From assembly GCF_000283555.1 (NCBI RefSeq), contig NC_016012.1:30001-62000 (forward strand): a stretch of 32,000 bases of DNA, read 5' to 3'. The DNA comes from Candidatus Arthromitus sp. SFB-rat-Yit (GTDB taxonomy: Bacteria > Bacillota > Clostridia > Clostridiales > Clostridiaceae). Both the position numbers and the translations under genes were made by a program. Shown here one piece after another: positions 8,205 through 20,892 of this stretch (its first letter is position 1; each line of letters begins with the position of its first letter). A model generated the notes under the pieces. That model saw only the letters and a list, made by a program, of their open reading frames with translations. It had not been told where the DNA came from and made no database searches.

Positions 8205-8690
8205 CTAAAAAATATTATTTAAATTATTTCCAAATGTTTTTATATCTCTATGTAATGCAAATATAACGTAATTTCCTATGGTGTTTAAGTAAGGATTTTT
8301 TATTAACTCATATTCTGATTGTTTAACATTTTTAAATTCAATTTCAAGCATTTCAAGTCTTCTTTGTATTCCAAGTATAACCTCATTTACGTTTGATATA
8401 TCTTTTAGATGGAATATAGAAATTTCAACTCCTGAAGTATTTTCTTGAGGAATATTTGAGATATAGTCAACTAAAATATTTGGGTCTATTGCATATATAT
8501 CTAAAAGTTCATCATCATTTAAACTTTTAAATCTAGGAAGGGTTAAACCTTTAGTTGATATATTAAAAATTTCATTAGAAGATATATTTAAATCAGTTGA
8601 ATTTTCATTATCTACATTTAAATAATCAGTATTACAAGATGTAAAAAACAAAAATGAAAATATGAGAGAAAAAAATTTAAGTAATTTCAT
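8205..8690 (-). CDS. Small lipoprotein (possibly DUF4358-like)
   Basis: 161 aa, signal peptide plus lipobox (FLFFTSC). Shares the pattern DY..(x)..EIsIF.lK...RL...E(Y/F)..I...L..g.Y.iF with the 352-aa neighbour. Confidence 0.5.
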   Translation of the reverse strand: MKLLKFFSLIFSFLFFTSCNTDYLNVDNENSTDLNISSNEIFNISTKGLTLPRFKSLNDDELLDIYAIDPNILVDYISNIPQENTSGVEISIFHLKDISNVNEVILGIQRRLEMLEIEFKNVKQSEYELIKNPYLNTIGNYVIFALHRDIKTFGNNLNNIF

Positions 8691-8703
8691 ATGTTGTCAG
8701 CTC

Positions 8704-10143
8704 CTAATAAGATTTACCAAATAAAACCATTTTGTCAGTTGGTTTATTACAGTAAATACATTTGTTATGTATTTTTGTTTGATTGAAAGGTATACATCTA
8801 GATGTTATCCCTACTTCATTTTTTATATTTGTTTCGCACTCTTGATCGTCACATAACATAACTTTGGTGAATCCAGTTTGGGATTTATAAATTTCTTTTA
8901 ATTCATCCATCGTTTTAGCCTCATATGTTTTTTGATCTCTCGATTTAAGAGCTTTGTTATATAATCCTTCATGAATTTTATTTAAATACTCTTTTACAAC
9001 CTCATTTAAATTTGATTCAAGAGATATTAAAATTTTTTCACTGTTGTCGCGTCTATATAAAGTTATTGAATTTTTATCAAGATCTCTTGCGCCAATTTCA
9101 AGTCTTATAGGTATGCCTTTCATATCGTATTGATTAAATTTCCATCCAGCAGATTTGTTTGATTCATCAATTGAACATATAAAGTTATCTTTAAGAGAAT
9201 TATATATTTCCCTCGATTTTTTCATAACATTTTCATCTTTGGTATTTATAGGAACAACTATAAGCTGTATGGGAGCGATTCTTGGAGGCATACAGAGTCC
9301 TTTATTATCACCATGAACCATAATAATAGCTCCAATTAATCTTGTGGATATTCCCCATGAAGTTTGATATACATATTGATGATTACCATTTTTATCTGTA
9401 AATTTAATGTCAAATGCTTTTGAAAATATATCTGAGAAGTTATGAGTCGTACCACTTTGAAGTGCCTTCCCATCATGCATCATACTTTCGATTGTATAAG
9501 TTTGTTTTGCTCCAGCAAATTTCTCCATATCTGTTTTTTTACCCTTAATTACTGGAATTGCCAATATATTTTTACAAAAATCTTCGTATATATCAAGAAT
9601 TTTTAGTACCTCTTCTATGGCTTCTTCTTCGGTTGCGTGAGCTGTGTGACCTTCTTGCCATAAAAATTCAGTTGTCCTTAAAAATGGTCTTGTTGACTTT
9701 TCCCACCTAACAACAGAACACCATTGATTATAAAGTTTTGGTAAATCTTTATAAGATTCAATAATATTTGAATAGTGTTCACAAAATAAAGTTTCTGATG
9801 TTGGTCTAACACACATTCTTTCATTTAACTTTTCACTACCACCATGAGTTATCCAAGCAGCTTCTGGAGCAAATCCTTCGACATGATCACTTTCTTTTTG
9901 AAGTAAAGATTCTGATATAAACATTGGTAAATAAACATTTTCATGACCTGTTTTCTTAAATTGTTTATCGAGATAACTTTGTATATTTTCCCAAATCTTA
10001 AAACCATAAGGTCGAATTATCATACAACCTCGTATACTTGAATATTCAGCCAACTCTGCTTTTCTAACTATGTCTGTATACCATTTAGCAAAATCTATAT
10101 CCATAGATGTAATTTCCTTAACTATTTTTTTCTCATTACTCAT
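8704..10143 (-). CDS. proS: Proline--tRNA ligase (archaeal/eukaryote-like short form)
   Basis: 479 aa with class II aaRS motifs, an anticodon-binding domain and a Cys-rich C-terminal domain ending in Tyr (…CIYCNKPTDKMVLFGKSY). Confidence 0.9.
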   Translation of the reverse strand: MSNEKKIVKEITSMDIDFAKWYTDIVRKAELAEYSSIRGCMIIRPYGFKIWENIQSYLDKQFKKTGHENVYLPMFISESLLQKESDHVEGFAPEAAWITHGGSEKLNERMCVRPTSETLFCEHYSNIIESYKDLPKLYNQWCSVVRWEKSTRPFLRTTEFLWQEGHTAHATEEEAIEEVLKILDIYEDFCKNILAIPVIKGKKTDMEKFAGAKQTYTIESMMHDGKALQSGTTHNFSDIFSKAFDIKFTDKNGNHQYVYQTSWGISTRLIGAIIMVHGDNKGLCMPPRIAPIQLIVVPINTKDENVMKKSREIYNSLKDNFICSIDESNKSAGWKFNQYDMKGIPIRLEIGARDLDKNSITLYRRDNSEKILISLESNLNEVVKEYLNKIHEGLYNKALKSRDQKTYEAKTMDELKEIYKSQTGFTKVMLCDDQECETNIKNEVGITSRCIPFNQTKIHNKCIYCNKPTDKMVLFGKSY

Positions 10144-10251
10144 TATGTAGACACCCTATCCTTATTGAAAAAATTTTATTTATTATTATAACATTAATGT
10201 AGATTTTATGGAATATTTATAATTTGTGTAATAATTAGTGTATGAGGTATT

Positions 10252-10851
10252 ATGAGTGAAGTTGAAATAATAATGGGATTTAATGGAAGTGGAAAAACAT
10301 TATTTTTAAATTCATATTTAGAAATGAAAAATATAAAAAAAGGTGAAAAGATACTTATTTTATGTTTGGATAGAGGAAATACAAATTTTAACTATAACAC
10401 AAATATAGATATTAAGGTTAAATTTATAGATTATTATTCTCAAATTGATGATAACAAACTTTTATATTTGATAGAGATGCAAAAACCACATTTTATATTT
10501 ATTGAAGCTGATTATATATCGATAAAGCATTTAAATATGGTTCTTGAAAGTAGGATATTGAAAGATAAGATATTTATTAGATCTAGGATAAATATCTTAA
10601 ATATAAAACATATTAAAAATATCTTTAAGAATAAAATATGTAGACCTTATAGTAATATAATTATAATTAATAATTTTGATGGCGATGAATTGAAAATCAG
10701 TGATTTGTACATGTTGAGAGAATTAAATAGGAATGCTTTTGTATTTTGTGTAAAGTATTTTGAGGATTTATATGAGAAGTTTAGGGATTATAAACTTCTC
10801 AGAAATGATTTTTATGAAAATATATTTAAATATATTAGGTACTTGATGTAA
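10252..10851 (+). CDS. P-loop protein, degenerate CobW/G3E-GTPase-like
   Basis: 199 aa. The N-terminal GFNGSGKTLFLNSYL resembles the CobW Walker A motif (GFLGSGKTT). Later CobW motifs are not recognisable (no GCICC; NNFD where NKxD is expected). Confidence 0.35.
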   Translation: MSEVEIIMGFNGSGKTLFLNSYLEMKNIKKGEKILILCLDRGNTNFNYNTNIDIKVKFIDYYSQIDDNKLLYLIEMQKPHFIFIEADYISIKHLNMVLESRILKDKIFIRSRINILNIKHIKNIFKNKICRPYSNIIIINNFDGDELKISDLYMLRELNRNAFVFCVKYFEDLYEKFRDYKLLRNDFYENIFKYIRYLM

Positions 10852-10865
10852 ATCAAATTTTATAT

Positions 10866-10894
10866 TTGACAATAGTTATAAAATTTAATAAAAT
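10866..10894 (+). promoter_or_regulatory. Putative sigma-A promoter for tRNA-Arg
   Basis: ttgaca (10866-10871), 17-nt spacer, taaaat (10889-10894), about 24 nt upstream of the tRNA. Confidence 0.4.
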
Positions 10895-10917
10895 AATAGT
10901 TGAAATAGTGTATATTT

Positions 10918-10992
10918 GCTCTCATAGTTTAATGGATAGAATAGCTCCCTCCTAAGGAGTAGATGCAGGTTCGATTCCTGCTGAGAGTGCCA
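10918..10992 (+). tRNA. tRNA-Arg (anticodon CCT)
   Basis: Hand fold: acceptor GCTCTCA/TGAGAGT (G1-U72 wobble), D arm GTTT/GAAT, anticodon arm GCTCC-CTCCTAA-GGAGT, T arm GCAGG-TTCGATT-CCTGC. Discriminator G, encoded CCA. Confidence 0.8.
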
Positions 10993-11026
10993 AAGAGTGT
11001 CATTTGATATGGCACTCTTTTATTTA
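10993..11026 (+). terminator. Rho-independent terminator after tRNA-Arg
   Basis: Stem aagagtgtc / ggcactctt with a 9-nt loop, followed by ttttattt. Confidence 0.65.
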
Positions 11027-11111
11027 ATTGTGTTATATCATTGTTTTAAAAAATAAAGATTATAATTTTAACGAAAATTATTAAATTAAAATTATTTAGG
11101 AGTGGTTATTT

Positions 11112-12368
11112 TTGGAATCAAGTGGTTGGCTTGTAGTATTTTTAGTATTTTTGGTTTTACTATCAGCTCTTTTTTCAGCAGCTGAAACAGCTATTATATC
11201 TATTAATAAAATAAGAATTAAACAATTTGTAGAAGATGGAATAAAAGGTGCTAGAGAAATTCAAGAATGGGTAGAAGATCCGAGTAAGATTTTAAGTACA
11301 ATACTTATTTGCAATAATGTAGTTAATATATTAGCATCTTCAATTTCAACTATTATATTTATGGACGTATTAAGTGAATTTGGAATAGGATTTGCAACGT
11401 TTGTTTCTACATTAGTTTTAACGATTATATTATTGATTTTTGGAGAGATTACACCAAAAACTATAGCTGTATTAAAGGCTGAAAAGTTAGCGCTAGTATT
11501 ATGGAAACCATTAAAAATAGTACTTTTGTTGCTTAATCCAATTGTATTTATATTTTCAAAGATATCCAAAATAATAATGATTATTTTTGGTATTAAAAAA
11601 GAAGAGGGGCAAATTAATATAACAGAAGAAGATATTAAAAGTATGGTTAATTTTAGCCAAGAAGAAGGAGTACTTGAGGTAGAGGAAAAGAAACTTATAT
11701 ATAATGTGTTTGAGTTTGGGGATTTGAAAGCAAAGGATGTTATGATACCTAGAGTTGATATGGTTACACTTTCTATAGATTCAACTTATGAGGAAATTGT
11801 ATCTACATTTAAGACTGAACGTTTTTCAAGAGTTCCTGTATTTAAAGATAATATAGATAACATTATTGGGCTTATTAATATAAAAGATTTGTTTTTCATA
11901 GAGAAAGATGAGGATTTTAAAATAGATAAATATATAAGAAATATATATTCGAGCTATGAATACAAAAAGATACGAGATTTGTTTAATGAAATGAAAAAAA
12001 ATAGAAATCATATGAGTGTTATAATAGATGAGTATGGTGGAACTGTTGGAATTGTAACTATTGAGGACTTAATAGAAGAAATAGTTGGAGATATAGAAGA
12101 TGAGTACGACGAGATAATAGATAAGGAGATTCAAGTTATAAATGATAAAGAGTATTTAATAGTCGGTACTCTTAAAATAGATACACTTGAGGATATGTTA
12201 GGTATAGAGATAGAATCGGAATTCGAAACAATTGGAGGATATATAATTGAAAAATTAGGTAAATTCCCGGAGAATGGTGAATTTGTTGATATTAATGGTA
12301 TATCATTTGTTGTTGAAAATATTGGGAAAAATAGGATAAAGAGATTGAGAGTTAAGATTACTGATTAA
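11112..12368 (+). CDS. CNNM/HlyC/CorC family transporter (DUF21 + CBS pair + CorC_HlyC domain)
   Basis: 418 aa. N-terminal membrane DUF21 region (FSAAETAIISIN), CBS-pair region and a C-terminal CorC_HlyC-like domain. TTG start 6 nt after aggagtgg. Confidence 0.85.
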   Translation: MESSGWLVVFLVFLVLLSALFSAAETAIISINKIRIKQFVEDGIKGAREIQEWVEDPSKILSTILICNNVVNILASSISTIIFMDVLSEFGIGFATFVSTLVLTIILLIFGEITPKTIAVLKAEKLALVLWKPLKIVLLLLNPIVFIFSKISKIIMIIFGIKKEEGQINITEEDIKSMVNFSQEEGVLEVEEKKLIYNVFEFGDLKAKDVMIPRVDMVTLSIDSTYEEIVSTFKTERFSRVPVFKDNIDNIIGLINIKDLFFIEKDEDFKIDKYIRNIYSSYEYKKIRDLFNEMKKNRNHMSVIIDEYGGTVGIVTIEDLIEEIVGDIEDEYDEIIDKEIQVINDKEYLIVGTLKIDTLEDMLGIEIESEFETIGGYIIEKLGKFPENGEFVDINGISFVVENIGKNRIKRLRVKITD

Positions 12369-12394
12369 AGCTATAATACAAATTATAGCTTTTT
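12368..12394. terminator. Bidirectional terminator between convergent CorC-family gene and tadA
   Basis: Stem aagctataat / attatagctt followed by tttttt. Overlaps the tadA stop codon. Confidence 0.6.
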
Positions 12395-12820
12395 TCGTTT
12401 TTTGATAAAAAATCTATTTATAATAAATTCGCATCTAGAATCATTTAACCATTTAATATTTAAGTCTTTGGGGTAAAAATAATAATTTTTGGAAAAAAAT
12501 CCATTAAATGGATTTGGCGATCCTATAAATATATTCTTTATTCTACTTTCTATTATAGCACCTGCACACATGGCACAAGGCTCTAAAGAAATGAATATAG
12601 AACAATTGTTTAGGTATAATGAATTTAAATTTTTGCATGATTGTATAATTGATAGAATTTCTGCGTGATTTATCGGTATATTCGTTGAATGTTTGGTGTT
12701 GTGGGACTTACTTATTATTTTATTATCTTTTACAATTAAACATCCAATTGGTACTTCATTAAGCTTATATGCCTTATATGCTTCTTTAAGCATTTCTCTA
12801 GTAAAGTATTCTACATTCAT
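12383..12820 (-). CDS. tadA: tRNA-specific adenosine deaminase
   Basis: 145 aa with CDA-fold zinc motifs HAEILSI and PCAMCAGAI. Confidence 0.9.
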   Translation of the reverse strand: MNVEYFTREMLKEAYKAYKLNEVPIGCLIVKDNKIISKSHNTKHSTNIPINHAEILSIIQSCKNLNSLYLNNCSIFISLEPCAMCAGAIIESRIKNIFIGSPNPFNGFFSKNYYFYPKDLNIKWLNDSRCEFIINRFFIKKRKKL

Positions 12821-12876
12821 GATAAACCCCTTTTATTTTAAAAATGTATAGTTATAATAATTTTAATATTATTTTA

Positions 12877-12905
12877 TTGCAAATAAAAAATATATAATAT
12901 ATAAT
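12877..12905 (+). promoter_or_regulatory. Putative sigma-A promoter for tRNA-Ser / SRP RNA
   Basis: ttgcaa (12877-12882), 17-nt spacer, tataat (12900-12905), about 15 nt upstream of tRNA-Ser. Confidence 0.5.
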
Positions 12906-12920
12906 TTTACTTAATAGCAT

Positions 12921-13010
12921 GGAAAGATGCTCGAGTGGTTTAAGAGGCATGCCTGGAACGCATGTATAGGAGAAATTCTATCGAGGGTTCGAATCCCTCT
13001 CTTTCCGCCA
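12921..13010 (+). tRNA. tRNA-Ser (anticodon GGA), long variable arm
   Basis: Acceptor GGAAAGA/TCTTTCC, anticodon arm CATGC-CTGGAAC-GCATG, long variable arm, T arm GAGGG-TTCGAAT-CCCTC, discriminator G, encoded CCA. Confidence 0.9.
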
Positions 13011-13011
13011 A

Positions 13012-13283
13012 TTGTTGTGCTAGATGGGGAACTAGCGGTGCCCTTTATCTGCAATCCGCTACAGCAGAGTTGAAGGCTCCCCTCGGTTATGTATTTAAAG
13101 GTTTGAGTTAAATCGGATTCGTTGAGAATTAAACTCTACGCATTAAGAGATCTATGAACTCCGCCAGGATTGGAAAATAGCAACGGTAAATAGATTTTCT
13201 TAAGTGATGTAGAACAATTTAATTTGAGTTGATGATTTATCTATCGCTTTGGGTATATTTATCAAAGGGAGATGCACAACATA
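13012..13283 (+). ncRNA. ffs: Signal recognition particle RNA, large Bacillus-type (with Alu domain)
   Basis: The 5' region GTGCTAGATGGGGAACTAGCGGTGCCC...TGCAATCCGC closely resembles the Bacillus scRNA Alu-domain sequence recalled from memory. A domain IV-like segment is present (CCGCCAGGATTGGAAAATAGCAACGGTAAA). The terminal helix tgttgtgc (13013-13020) pairs with gcacaaca (13274-13281). Position upstream of dnaX matches Firmicute synteny. Confidence 0.8.
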
Positions 13284-13311
13284 CTAAATAAAGTATATTA
13301 TATTTTTGATA

Positions 13312-13341
13312 AAGCATCCTATTGTATTAATAGGGTGCTTT
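13312..13341 (+). terminator. Hairpin after SRP RNA (probable terminator, weak U-tract)
   Basis: 12-bp stem aagcatcctatt / aatagggtgctt (one G-U pair) with a 5-nt loop, then only ttt. Confidence 0.5.
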
Positions 13342-13362
13342 AAAATAAAGGGATGATTTTAT

Positions 13363-14844
13363 ATGGATAATAAATCTCTGTACACCAAATATAGACCTAT
13401 GAAATTTGGGGATATATGTGGTCAGGAAGATATATCTAATATATTAAAAAATCAGATTAAATTACATAAATTTTCTCATGCGTATTTATTCTCAGGTACA
13501 AGAGGGACGGGTAAAACAACTTGCGCAAGAGTTTTTGCGAAAGCTATAAATTGTACAAATAGTATTAATGGTGAACCTTGTTATCAATGTAGTTCATGCA
13601 ATCGTACATATGATGCTTTAAACATAATTGAATTAGATGCAGCTTCTAATAATAGTGTAGATCAGATTAGAACGTTAGTTGAGGAATTGAGGTATTCAAA
13701 CTTCGTAGATGGGTATAAGGTTTACATATTAGATGAGGTTCACATGCTTTCAATAAGTGCATTTAATGCTCTACTTAAAAGTTTAGAGGAACCTCCGTCG
13801 AATGTTGTATTTATTTTATCTACAACTGAAGTAAAGAGGATACCTAAAACAATTATATCTAGATGTCAGAAGTTTGAATTTAAAAGTATAGATGAAGCCA
13901 ATTTAACAAATAGGTTAAAATATATAACGGAAAGTGAAAATATAGAGATTGATTTTGAATCTATCTTATTAATAGCTAGATTAGCTGATGGTTCTATGAG
14001 GGATGCTATAAGTATTTTGGGAAGACTTGTAGTGTCTGATGAGTATATTACGCTTGAATATTCTAGAAGAATTTTGGGTGTAACCTCAAGTGAGATGATA
14101 TTTGATATAATAGAAAATATAAGGTTGAATAAATTAAATGAAAGCATATCGATAATATCAAAAATATTTGAGAATAACCTTAATATTAAAAATTTTATTA
14201 ATGATTTTAGAAATATACTAAGAGATGTTATGTTTCTCAAGATAAATAAGGAGAATTTTAATATATTGATTGAGAAGAATACATTAAATATTAAAAGAAT
14301 TTTAGATGTTTCAAAAATCATAGATTTTGATTATGTTCACATGCTCTTAAATGAAATAAATAATATAAATAATATGAAGGATTTAAGTGATGTTGAATAT
14401 AGGGTTTATTTAGAATTACTTATAATAAAACTTATAAAAAATGATAAAGCCCCCAAATCACATAATGAAATTTTTAATACAATACATGAAAATCAGGAAA
14501 ACAATATTGATGATAAAATTAATAAAAATATAGAATTTGATAAATGGGATGAATTTTTAAAGTATCTTAAATTAAACAAATACATGGTTATGTATTCGCT
14601 TTTAACAAACGGAAAATTAAACAAAATAATGAATGATAAAATTGTTTTTGAGTGTAATACGGAGGGAATATTAAATAGACTAAGAAAAAATGATACATTG
14701 ATTGCAATCAAGAAAAATTTACGTGATTTTTTTAAAAGAGATATGGAATTTGAATTAATATATTCAAATAAAATTGATGATGATAACATTCATCATAAAC
14801 TTAAAGGGTATTTTGGAGATGAAATAGAAATACAAAACAAATAG
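13363..14844 (+). CDS. dnaX: DNA polymerase III subunit tau/gamma
   Basis: 493 aa with an AAA+ clamp-loader N-terminus (GTRGTGKTTCARVFAKAINC), a Zn module (CYQCSSC), a DEVHML Walker B motif and an SRC motif (ISRCQKFEF). Confidence 0.9.
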   Translation: MDNKSLYTKYRPMKFGDICGQEDISNILKNQIKLHKFSHAYLFSGTRGTGKTTCARVFAKAINCTNSINGEPCYQCSSCNRTYDALNIIELDAASNNSVDQIRTLVEELRYSNFVDGYKVYILDEVHMLSISAFNALLKSLEEPPSNVVFILSTTEVKRIPKTIISRCQKFEFKSIDEANLTNRLKYITESENIEIDFESILLIARLADGSMRDAISILGRLVVSDEYITLEYSRRILGVTSSEMIFDIIENIRLNKLNESISIISKIFENNLNIKNFINDFRNILRDVMFLKINKENFNILIEKNTLNIKRILDVSKIIDFDYVHMLLNEINNINNMKDLSDVEYRVYLELLIIKLIKNDKAPKSHNEIFNTIHENQENNIDDKINKNIEFDKWDEFLKYLKLNKYMVMYSLLTNGKLNKIMNDKIVFECNTEGILNRLRKNDTLIAIKKNLRDFFKRDMEFELIYSNKIDDDNIHHKLKGYFGDEIEIQNK

Positions 14845-14890
14845 AATTTATTGTTTATTATTTTGAAAAATTAGAAAGGAATGATTTAAA

Positions 14891-15226
14891 ATGAAGGGAT
14901 TTCCAGGTGGTTTCGGAGGGGGAAATATGAATAATTTACTCAAACAAGCCCAAAAATTACAAAAAAATATGGAAGAAACAAAGAAGCAACTAGAAGAGAT
15001 GAATTTTGAATCTACATCTGGAGGTGGAGTTGTTTCTGTAAAAATGAATGGAAAAAAAGAAATAGTTAGTATAAAATTAAAACCTGAAATAGTTGATCCG
15101 GATGATATCGAAATGCTACAAGATTTAATAATAAGCTGCATAAATGATACGTATAAAAAGGTTGAAGAAGAAACTAATAAAGAAATGTCTAAATTAACTG
15201 GTGGATTCAATATACCGGGATTTTAA
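14891..15226 (+). CDS. ybaB: YbaB/EbfC family nucleoid-associated protein
   Basis: 111 aa. [18 protein letters not shown]...[20 protein letters not shown] is typical of YbaB. Located between dnaX and recR. Confidence 0.9.
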   Translation: MKGFPGGFGGGNMNNLLKQAQKLQKNMEETKKQLEEMNFESTSGGGVVSVKMNGKKEIVSIKLKPEIVDPDDIEMLQDLIISCINDTYKKVEEETNKEMSKLTGGFNIPGF

Positions 15227-15233
15227 TTAAGTT

Positions 15234-15268
15234 AGGTGAGTTTGTACACTCGCCTTATTTTTATTTTT
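15234..15268 (+). terminator. Intrinsic terminator-like hairpin between ybaB and recR
   Basis: 8-bp stem aggtgagt / actcgcct (one G-U pair), loop ttgtac, followed by tatttttattttt. It ends 17 nt before the recR ATG. Confidence 0.55.
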
Positions 15269-15285
15269 AAATACGGAGGAAAAAG

Positions 15286-15885
15286 ATGATAGAATATCCA
15301 GAATACATACAAAAAGTCATTGGAGAGTTTTCGAAATTACCGGGGGTAGGATATAAAACAGCGGTAAGATTAACCATGTATATGTTAAATAAGGAAATGA
15401 AGGATGTTTTAGACTTTTGTGATTCTATAAAAAAATGTAAAGAGGATTTAAAATATTGTAAAAAATGTAACAATTTTTCTGAAAATGATATTTGCTCGAT
15501 CTGTGAAGATGTAGGTAGAGATAGGCGAGTTATTTGTATTGTACAAGATGTAAAAGATATTTATGCTTTTGAAAAAACGAGGAATTATAGAGGTTTGTAT
15601 TATGTGTTGCATGGTTTAATATCTCCGATTAAAGGAGTTAGCGTGGAAGACCTTAAAATAGATTTACTTGTTAAGAGAGTAGAAGAAGAGAAAATAAATG
15701 AGGTAATTTTGGCAACAAGCCCAACTCTTGAAGGAGAAGCAACTAGTATTTACATATCTAAATTATTTCCAAAAGAACAAAAGTTGACTAGATTGGCGTA
15801 TGGAGTGCCTTTGGGAAGTGATTTAGAATATGTTGATGAAATTACTTTAAGCAGAGCTTTAGATTTTAGACAAAGTATTCAATAA
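15286..15885 (+). CDS. recR: Recombination protein RecR
   Basis: 199 aa with an HhH N-terminus (LPGVGYKTAVRL), a C4 zinc finger (CKKCNNFSENDICSIC) and a Toprim domain. Confidence 0.92.
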   Translation: MIEYPEYIQKVIGEFSKLPGVGYKTAVRLTMYMLNKEMKDVLDFCDSIKKCKEDLKYCKKCNNFSENDICSICEDVGRDRRVICIVQDVKDIYAFEKTRNYRGLYYVLHGLISPIKGVSVEDLKIDLLVKRVEEEKINEVILATSPTLEGEATSIYISKLFPKEQKLTRLAYGVPLGSDLEYVDEITLSRALDFRQSIQ

Positions 15886-15901
15886 AAAAATAAAAAAAGT
15901 A

Positions 15902-15931
15902 TTGACATAGGGGAGGTAAGTTTGGTACTAT
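15902..15931 (+). promoter_or_regulatory. rRNA operon 1 promoter with upstream A-tract (UP-like)
   Basis: ttgaca (15902-15907), 18-nt spacer ending in tgg, tactat (15926-15931; extended -10 TGn). Preceded by aaaaaaataaaaaaag. Confidence 0.65.
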
Positions 15932-16034
15932 GAGTTAGTTGGCTGGTAGAAGCCGAGAGATATTAGATAGATCATTGACAATTGAATAGGGAAGAGGAAA
16001 CGAGAAAGTCAACGTTAATTTTGAGAGAATGAGA

Positions 16035-17561
<1,527 letters not shown>

Positions 17562-17738
17562 AATGAAAGAGAGAACTTTTTCCTATTCAATTGTGAGTGA
17601 CCTAATAATATAGAGGTTACTTAATAAAAGAAATAAAGATCTTTGAAAATTGTATATAAATAGTAAATAATGCGAAAGGTAGCAAGTTAAATTATTAGCA
17701 ATAGTAATTTAAGAGCTGGAAAAAATATATAACAAATA

Positions 17739-20630
<2,892 letters not shown>

Positions 20631-20689
20631 AAATACTTAGCAAGTTATTATTTATATACAATTTTGAGAGATTAAAATATTTCTCAGTA

Positions 20690-20805
20690 TCTGGTGATTA
20701 TAACGTGTAGGTAACACCCCTATCCATACCGAACAGGAAGGTTAAGCTACACTGTGCTGATGGTACTTTAGGGTTACCCCTATGGAAGAGTAAGTCATTG
20801 CCAGT
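20690..20805 (+). rRNA. rrf: 5S ribosomal RNA (operon 1)
   Basis: tctggtga...ccataccgaacaggaaggttaagc...ttgccagt, with helix I pairing between the termini. Confidence 0.9.
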
Positions 20806-20806
20806 T

Positions 20807-20882
20807 GGTTCGTTAGCTCAGGTGGTAGAGCACATGACTTTTAATCATGGTGTCCGGGGTTCGAGTCCCCGACGAATCACCA
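20807..20882 (+). tRNA. tRNA-Lys (anticodon TTT)
   Basis: Acceptor GGTTCGT/ACGAATC, D arm GCTC/GAGC, anticodon arm CATGA-CTTTTAA-TCATG, T arm CGGGG-TTCGAGT-CCCCG, discriminator A, encoded CCA. Starts 1-2 nt after the 5S 3' end. Confidence 0.92.
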
Positions 20883-20892
20883 ATTTCTAAAT

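Noticed and set aside
10144-10251. T-box riboswitch leader upstream of proS
   Set aside because: Only about 108 nt separate proS from the divergent gene, and a T-box leader needs roughly 200 nt or more by my recollection. I see no T-box consensus or specifier/antiterminator arrangement.
13363-14844. Programmed ribosomal frameshift site in dnaX (gamma subunit production)
   Set aside because: Scanning by eye found no A-AAA-AAG type heptamer with a downstream structure in mid-gene. To my knowledge this mechanism is not typical of Firmicutes. This was not an exhaustive computation.
15974-15990. A second ttgaca in the rRNA leader as a P2 promoter (same at 24195..24211)
   Set aside because: There is no acceptable -10 hexamer at 16-19 nt. 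The segment is instead perfectly complementary to 17582-17594 downstream of the 16S, so it fits a processing-stem half.
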